The translations under genes and the position numbers were made by a program. A DNA stretch of 63,896 bases, the filler included, from Salisapilia sapeloensis CBS 127946 (taxonomy: Eukaryota > Protista > Oomycota), in NCBI GenBank assembly GCA_023334545.1. It is 10 parts of 10 records of this genome, joined end to end, with 100 filler letters (N's around TTAATTAATTAA, not from the genome) between each part and the next. Parts side by side here need not be neighbours in the genome. Positions count along the whole stretch, not along the records: positions 54,003 to 62,469 come from JAADVB010000490.1; positions 62,570 to 63,896 come from JAADVB010001198.1; 8 more parts are not named here. The stretch is one strand, 5' to 3'. Positions 58,501 to 63,896 of this stretch are shown one piece after another (position 1 is the first letter of the stretch; the number at the start of each line of letters is the position of its first letter). Below the pieces are notes generated by a model that saw only the letters and a list, made by a program, of their open reading frames with translations, was not told where the DNA came from and did no database searches.

Positions 58501-61500
58501 ATGGCGGTCATTACCACCAAAAAGTGGCACGCTGCTATAAAAAATGACGACATAAGTACAGTCGATCGCTTACTACGAGCAGATAGTGGTCAAATTTCGG
58601 TACGACTATTGGAGGAAGGGCTTCTTGCAACTGCCTCAAGAGGCAATGAAGCTATCGCTCGTTTACTACTCAATCTTGGAATCAATGTTGATGCAAATGA
58701 CCCAAAAGGTCGAACTCCTTTAATGCTTGCTGTCCGAAATGATCATCGTTCTATGTTAAGCCTCCTTTTAAACTATGGCGCAAATGTCAGTTCGAATGAT
58801 GAGCGTGGTACCAGGCCCTTAATTTTGGCTGCCGAGTATGGTTATTTGGACATTCTTGAGACAATTCGCTTCCACCTTCAAAATGAAAATACCATTAGCG
58901 AACTCATCAACCCGCCGCTAATATGGGCTTCCGGGAAGGGTAGTCTGAAGAAAGTGAATGCGATACTAGATGGCGGAGAAGATGTGAATGTATCTGGATA
59001 CGCTGGCAACAGTGCCCTTCTATTGGCTGCTGCAGGTGGGCACTTAGATGTTATCACTGTGTTGTTATTCTCTGGAGCGAGTGTTGACAAACCAAACGCT
59101 TACGGCAATACGGCGCTAATGGCCGCTGCAACTCGTGGTCATGAAGAAGTTGTGAATTTGCTCCTGTCGTGGCATGCAGATCCTAATGTCCCCAATTGCA
59201 CTGGGTACACGCCGCTCAGCAATGCAATTAAAAGAGGTCATGCTGCTGCTGTAAAACAGTTGCTTGTTGGCGGTGCAAACGTGAATGCAGGAAAAAATGT
59301 TAAGGATTCACCACTGTACTACGCTGCCAAGTACGGGCGCAAGCACATGGTCCAATTACTGATTGACTTTGGTGCAAAGGTGAATGCGAAAGCTGGACTG
59401 GGTCACAAACTCTTGATGGAGGCGGTTAAAGATGGCTATAAAGCAGTCGTGCAACTGTTACTTGACAGTGGCGCCAAATTTGATCCGACTGACGATAAAA
59501 TGACCGCATCTCTGTTGCACGTAGCTAGAAAAGGTCATGAGAACATGGTAGACCTGTTGATTCAAAAAGGTGCTGATGTGAATGCTCGAGATGGCAGCAA
59601 GATTACTCCGCTTATGTATGCAGCCGAGTATAGTCACGAGAATATGGTGGAGCTGTTCATTCACAAAGGTGCTGATGTGAACGCTTGTGATTGCAGCAAG
59701 GCTACGCCTCTTATGTATGCATCTGAAACAGATCGAATAAAGGTCGTAGAGCTGTTGATTGATAGTGGTGCTGATGTGAACGCTCGAGATAATAGCATGA
59801 AGACCTCTCTCTTGCGTGCAGCTGAAAATGGTAGTGAACAAGTGGCAGAACTCTTGATTGAGAAAGGAGCCGATGTGGATGGTCAAGACGCGAAGGGTAG
59901 AACCCCTCTGATGTATGCAGCTAGCACTGGCCATGATAAGGTGGTGGATCTGCTAATTAAAAGAGGTGCCGATGTGGATGCTCGAGATGCTAGTATGAAA
60001 ACGCCTCTTGTGCATGCTACTGAGAGTGGTTTGGCAAAGATCGTGAAGCAATTAATTGAGCGAGGTGCGGTCGTAAATAGTCGTGACAAGAAAGGTAGAA
60101 CGCCTCTGATGTATGGAGCGAAGACGATGTATGAGAGTGTGGTGGAGCTTCTGATTAAAGGAGGCGCCGATGTGAATGCTCGAGATAGCATTATGAAAAC
60201 ACCGCTTGTGCATGCTGCTGAAAGCGGTTTGACAAAGATGGTGAAACTATTGATTGAGCGAGGTGCGAATGTCAATGGCCGAGACAAGAAAGGTAAGACA
60301 CCTCTTATGTATGCAGCCAAAACGACGTATGTGGACGTGGTGGAGCTCTTGGTGGAGGAAGGTGCCGATGTGAATGCTCGTGATGTCAGGAACTATTCGC
60401 CTGTTATCTATGCAGCTAAACATGGCTATGAGCCTATGGTGGAGCTACTAATTCACAAAGGTGCTGATGTGGTTGCTCGAGATGACAAGAAAAACGCGTC
60501 TCTTCAATATGCGGCTAGAAAAGGAGATGAGAACATGGTGAATCGCTTGCTTAAGAAAGGTGCTGACGTGAATGCTCGAGACAATAAAGGCAAAACGCCT
60601 CTTATGCATGCGGCCGAAAGTGGAAAGGTCGAGGTGGTGGAGCTATTGATTGAAAGAGGTGCCGATGTGATTGCTCGAGATGATACGAACAACACATCGC
60701 TTCTGTACGCAGCTAAAGGTGGCTGCGAGAAGGTGATGAGAGTATTGATCTGGGCTGGTGCAATGGTTAACACAGCTAATAGCAGTGGCAAGACGCCTCT
60801 TGTTGTATCGATAGAGCATAGAAATCCGTCGTTGGCGGCATTATTAGTCCATCATGGCGCAGACATCGAGTGCAAGGATAAAAGCGGCTACAGTGCAATA
60901 CTCTGCGCAATTCGGAAAGATTTTGTCGAGATGGCATGGCTACTCTTGGATAAAGGCATAAATGTTCGTGAAATATACAGCGGCGGGAAAACGCTTCTGC
61001 ATGAGGCACGCTCCGAGAAAATGGCACACTTGCTGCTTGAACGAGGAGCAGACTTATTAGCGAGAGACAGTTATGGCTGTGATTGCCTGTTTGAAGCGGT
61101 GAAGAGAGGTCGGGGAAAAACGGTTCATGTCTTACTAGAGCATGGAGCTCCTGCTGCGACAACAGATTTAAGCGGACAAACACCTTTGCATGTATGCAGT
61201 TCACCCATATTAGCAGAAATGCTTTTGAGGCATGGAGCTCAAGTCAATGCAAGAGATGTTGTGGGTAACACCCCTCTTACGACTATTCTGTCCAAGCACG
61301 GGGTCAATGACGACTTAGTTACATTGGTTGATGAACTAATTCACCATGGTGCAGATGTCGGAGCGTATAACACTGCAGGCGATGACCCTTTACTGTGTCT
61401 CGCTTCTCGAAGTGTAAAGAGCCAGGATCGTGGTGAGCTCAAGCGTTTGCTTGAGCTTCTCATCGCCCACGGAGCATCGCTCAAGACGGTCGATAGCACC

Positions 61501-62469
61501 GGAAGCTCTCCGTTGCATCGAGTTCAATCGGCTGATGTCGCGTCCGTGCTTCTGGAACTGGGCGCAAAGGTCGACCATAGGTCCTCGGACGGGTGTACAG
61601 CTCTCATGGAAGCAGCATCTTGTGGAAGATACGATGTCGTAAAACTCTTGTTAAATGCTGGAGCGAGCGTGAATTTGAAGAACAGCCGAGGCGAGAGTGC
61701 ACTAAAGTTCGCTCTGAAGAGAAATCGAAGCGCCATTATCGACAAACTACTAGCCCGAGGCGCCAAAGTGGAACCGGCGGATGGCGAAGATGCTCAACCA
61801 GGCGATATGACTGGGCAGCAGAAGAATCAAATGGCATTTTTGCAAAAATACGGATATAACGGTACCGACTTGTACGCTTGGGAAGAAGAGGAGCCTACAG
61901 ACTTCGTCAAGCGATATGAGAATAATCTCAATGCGACTGATCGAGACGGAAACTCTGTCATTGCAATGGCTGCCAGACAGAATGATATTGAAAGTGTGAG
62001 GCAGCTGATGGAGAGAGGAGCACGGTGGACGCGGACGCATAATCGCAGATACTTTTCAAAAGGATTTGCGCGGGACGAAGATGATCGTGAGGTGGAGCGC
62101 TTGCTCCTACGAGGCAAAAGTTTTCTTGTCATGGATGCAGCTGAAAGAGGAGATCTGAATGCAGTCAAGCGACTGTTTGGAAAAGGATGGCCGGCAGATT
62201 ACAAGCATAGGAAATATATATCCCATACTCTGCATGCTGCTGCTACGAGAGGTCATCGAGACATCGTAGCGTTTTTCGTTCGCCTGCGAGAAAATATCGA
62301 CGTGCGAGATAGCGATTCGCATACGCCGCTGTACTTTGCTATTGACGGGCAGCATGCCAAGTGTGCCGAGATGCTGCTGGAAGCTGGAGCAAATCCACTT
62401 GAGAGTAAAGATAGCTCACAGATGCTGCACAAAGCCATCGATATGAAGAACATGCAGATCGCTACAACG
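58501..62469 (+). CDS. Large ankyrin-repeat protein (about 30 or more repeats), 3'-truncated
   Basis: Continuous 33-aa repeats of the form TPLMYAA..G...VELLI..GADVNARD. Confidence 0.93.
59569..60756 (+). repeat. Twelve 99-bp ankyrin units in exact register
   Basis: GG(T/A/C)GC(T/C/G)GATGT-like starts recur at 59569+99n, checked at 59569, 60361 and 60658. Confidence 0.85.
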
Positions 62470-62569
62470 NNNNNNNNNNNNNNNNNNNNNNNNNNNNNNN
62501 NNNNNNNNNNNNNTTAATTAATTAANNNNNNNNNNNNNNNNNNNNNNNNNNNNNNNNNNNNNNNNNNNN

Positions 62570-63286
62570 ACGGGTTTCCAATGGCGAATCCCTTGAAGTT
62601 GACGTTCGGGATGGGCGACTCGGCCAGCAGACTCACGAGGTACGGGCCGTAGATGCCGACGTACGACTCGCCCGTGACGTAAAAGTCTCGGTTCTGGAGC
62701 TCCGGGTACGCCTCGAAGAACTTTTGCAAAAAGTTGTACGTCCGGTCCGCCACCACGTCGTCATTGTAGTACTCTTCCTCCTGCAGCTCGTCGCTGAAGC
62801 CCACGCCCGCCGGAGACTCGAGCCACACGAGGTTCGTCTTCCGGTTCCACGCGTACCGGTTCGGCTCGAGCGTCATGTCCGGGCGCACCACGAACGGACC
62901 GTTCTCTAGGAATTAAAGCGTTAGATCACGCGAAAGACGAGAAGATCGAGCCCGACGCGATGGACGTACCGGTGAAGAAACCGCCAAGGGACGAGCACCC
63001 GGGCCCGCCGTTCAGCCACAGCACGATCGGGTCCTCCGATGGCGCCGACTGACTCTCCGCGTACCAGTAGAACATCCTATCAAGAGCGCGTAAGACGCCG
63101 CCGCAGCATACAGACCGTCGGACAAACCTACTTTTCGTGCGTGTCGAGCTCGAGGTGGCCGGCATACTGCTTGAAGCCAGGGTCGAAGTCGAGTCCGGGG
63201 AGCGAGTCGACGAGGTCCGTCTCGTGGTGGTCGGCCGTCGCGAGGGACAGCGCCGCCGCCGTAAACGCCAGGGAAAGCAGCTTCAT
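62570..63286 (-). CDS. Serine carboxypeptidase S10, secreted, 2 introns, 3'-truncated
   Basis: [58 protein letters not shown] and [10 protein letters not shown]. Confidence 0.93.
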
Positions 63287-63896
63287 TCTCTCTCGGCCGT
63301 AGCAGATCTTCGAGTTGTGGTCGGCTGTTGGCGTGGAGACGGTCCTCGGTCTCCCCAAAAGTCTTCGCTCGCCAAGTTTCCACTTGCGCCAGACGCGAAA
63401 CACGCGACGCTGGCCGCGTCTATGGACCCATGTATCTGCGTATTTGTATTTGTATACCAGGTGCCTCCGGGGTGAGTGACTGGCGGCCAACAGCGCTTGG
63501 AGATCGATTCGTACTCGTACTATTCATCACCTTGGCCAATAAGATTGCCTCCTTGTCTCTTTCTAGATGCAAGCGACGGACGTCGGGCGATCGACGCGGA
63601 CACGGGGACTTCGGTGAAGGTTCATTTCACGCTTGGCCGCCGAAGCCCTACGTCTCCTGCTCGAAATGACGGACACTGTGCTCGTTATCGTCGAAACCCT
63701 CGCCTCCACCGCGGCGCTGCTCCTGGCACTCAGTCCAGGCCGGTCGATGTACTCGGTGCTGCGGACCAAGTCGACGGACCGAGTGTCCATCCTGCCGCTC
63801 GCCACGCTCTGGATCGTCAATCACATGTGGTACGTCTCCAAGTGTCTGCATGCCCAAATGTCCAAATGTCCAATGTCCAAATGTCCGACTGCGTAT

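Noticed and set aside
59569-60756. Regularly spaced repeats reminiscent of a CRISPR array
   Set aside because: In-frame 99-bp ankyrin coding units in a eukaryotic gene, with no spacers and no cas genes.
63563-63896. Short minus-strand ORFs and an (AAATGTCC)n tandem at the window end
   Set aside because: Two competing frames without motifs; the gene, if any, extends beyond the window.

Overview
Eukaryotic nuclear DNA, most likely from an oomycete (flagellated stramenopile). The evidence is short ~50-90 nt GT-AG introns, a canonical oomycete INR+FPR promoter, a PL3 pectate lyase, a GH5, oomycete-type Cys-rich and multi-TM families, and an axonemal-type dynein. The window is not continuous. It is 10 contig pieces joined by artificial 100-nt linkers (N44-TTAATTAATTAA-N44): 1-3748, 3849-6338, 6439-9947, 10048-11251, 11352-13405, 13506-33284, 33385-50526, 50627-53902, 54003-62469 and 62570-63896. 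Adjacency across linkers cannot be trusted. Two large contigs are very gene-dense housekeeping blocks. One holds U1A, GlnRS, Nup58, bL34m, MoaA, an SR protein, ProC, ITFG2 and ECI2. The other holds FAM227, a DOT1-like MTase, RIO1, Hsk3-like, APC10 and a dynein. Main oddities: (1) an intron-containing cyanobacterial/plastid Ycf21-type chorismate lyase; (2) a His-rich repeat protein with plant-dehydrin K-segment-like motifs; (3) a pectate-lyase contig bounded by exact 141-bp inverted repeats; (4) a membrane-anchored GH5 lacking both catalytic glutamates; (5) a dynein heavy chain lacking its AAA1 P-loop; (6) GlnRS with a CysRS-type C-terminal appendage; (7) a triple pogo/CENP-B-type DNA-binding protein with no DDE domain; (8) an unannotated Hsk3-like Dam1/DASH subunit; (9) a DARPin-like hypervariable ankyrin array; (10) a strongly C-depleted non-coding tract ending in telomere-like 7-mers. 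No rRNA, tRNA or CRISPR array was seen. All family calls come from reading motifs by eye and from recalled family sequences; no database searches were run.
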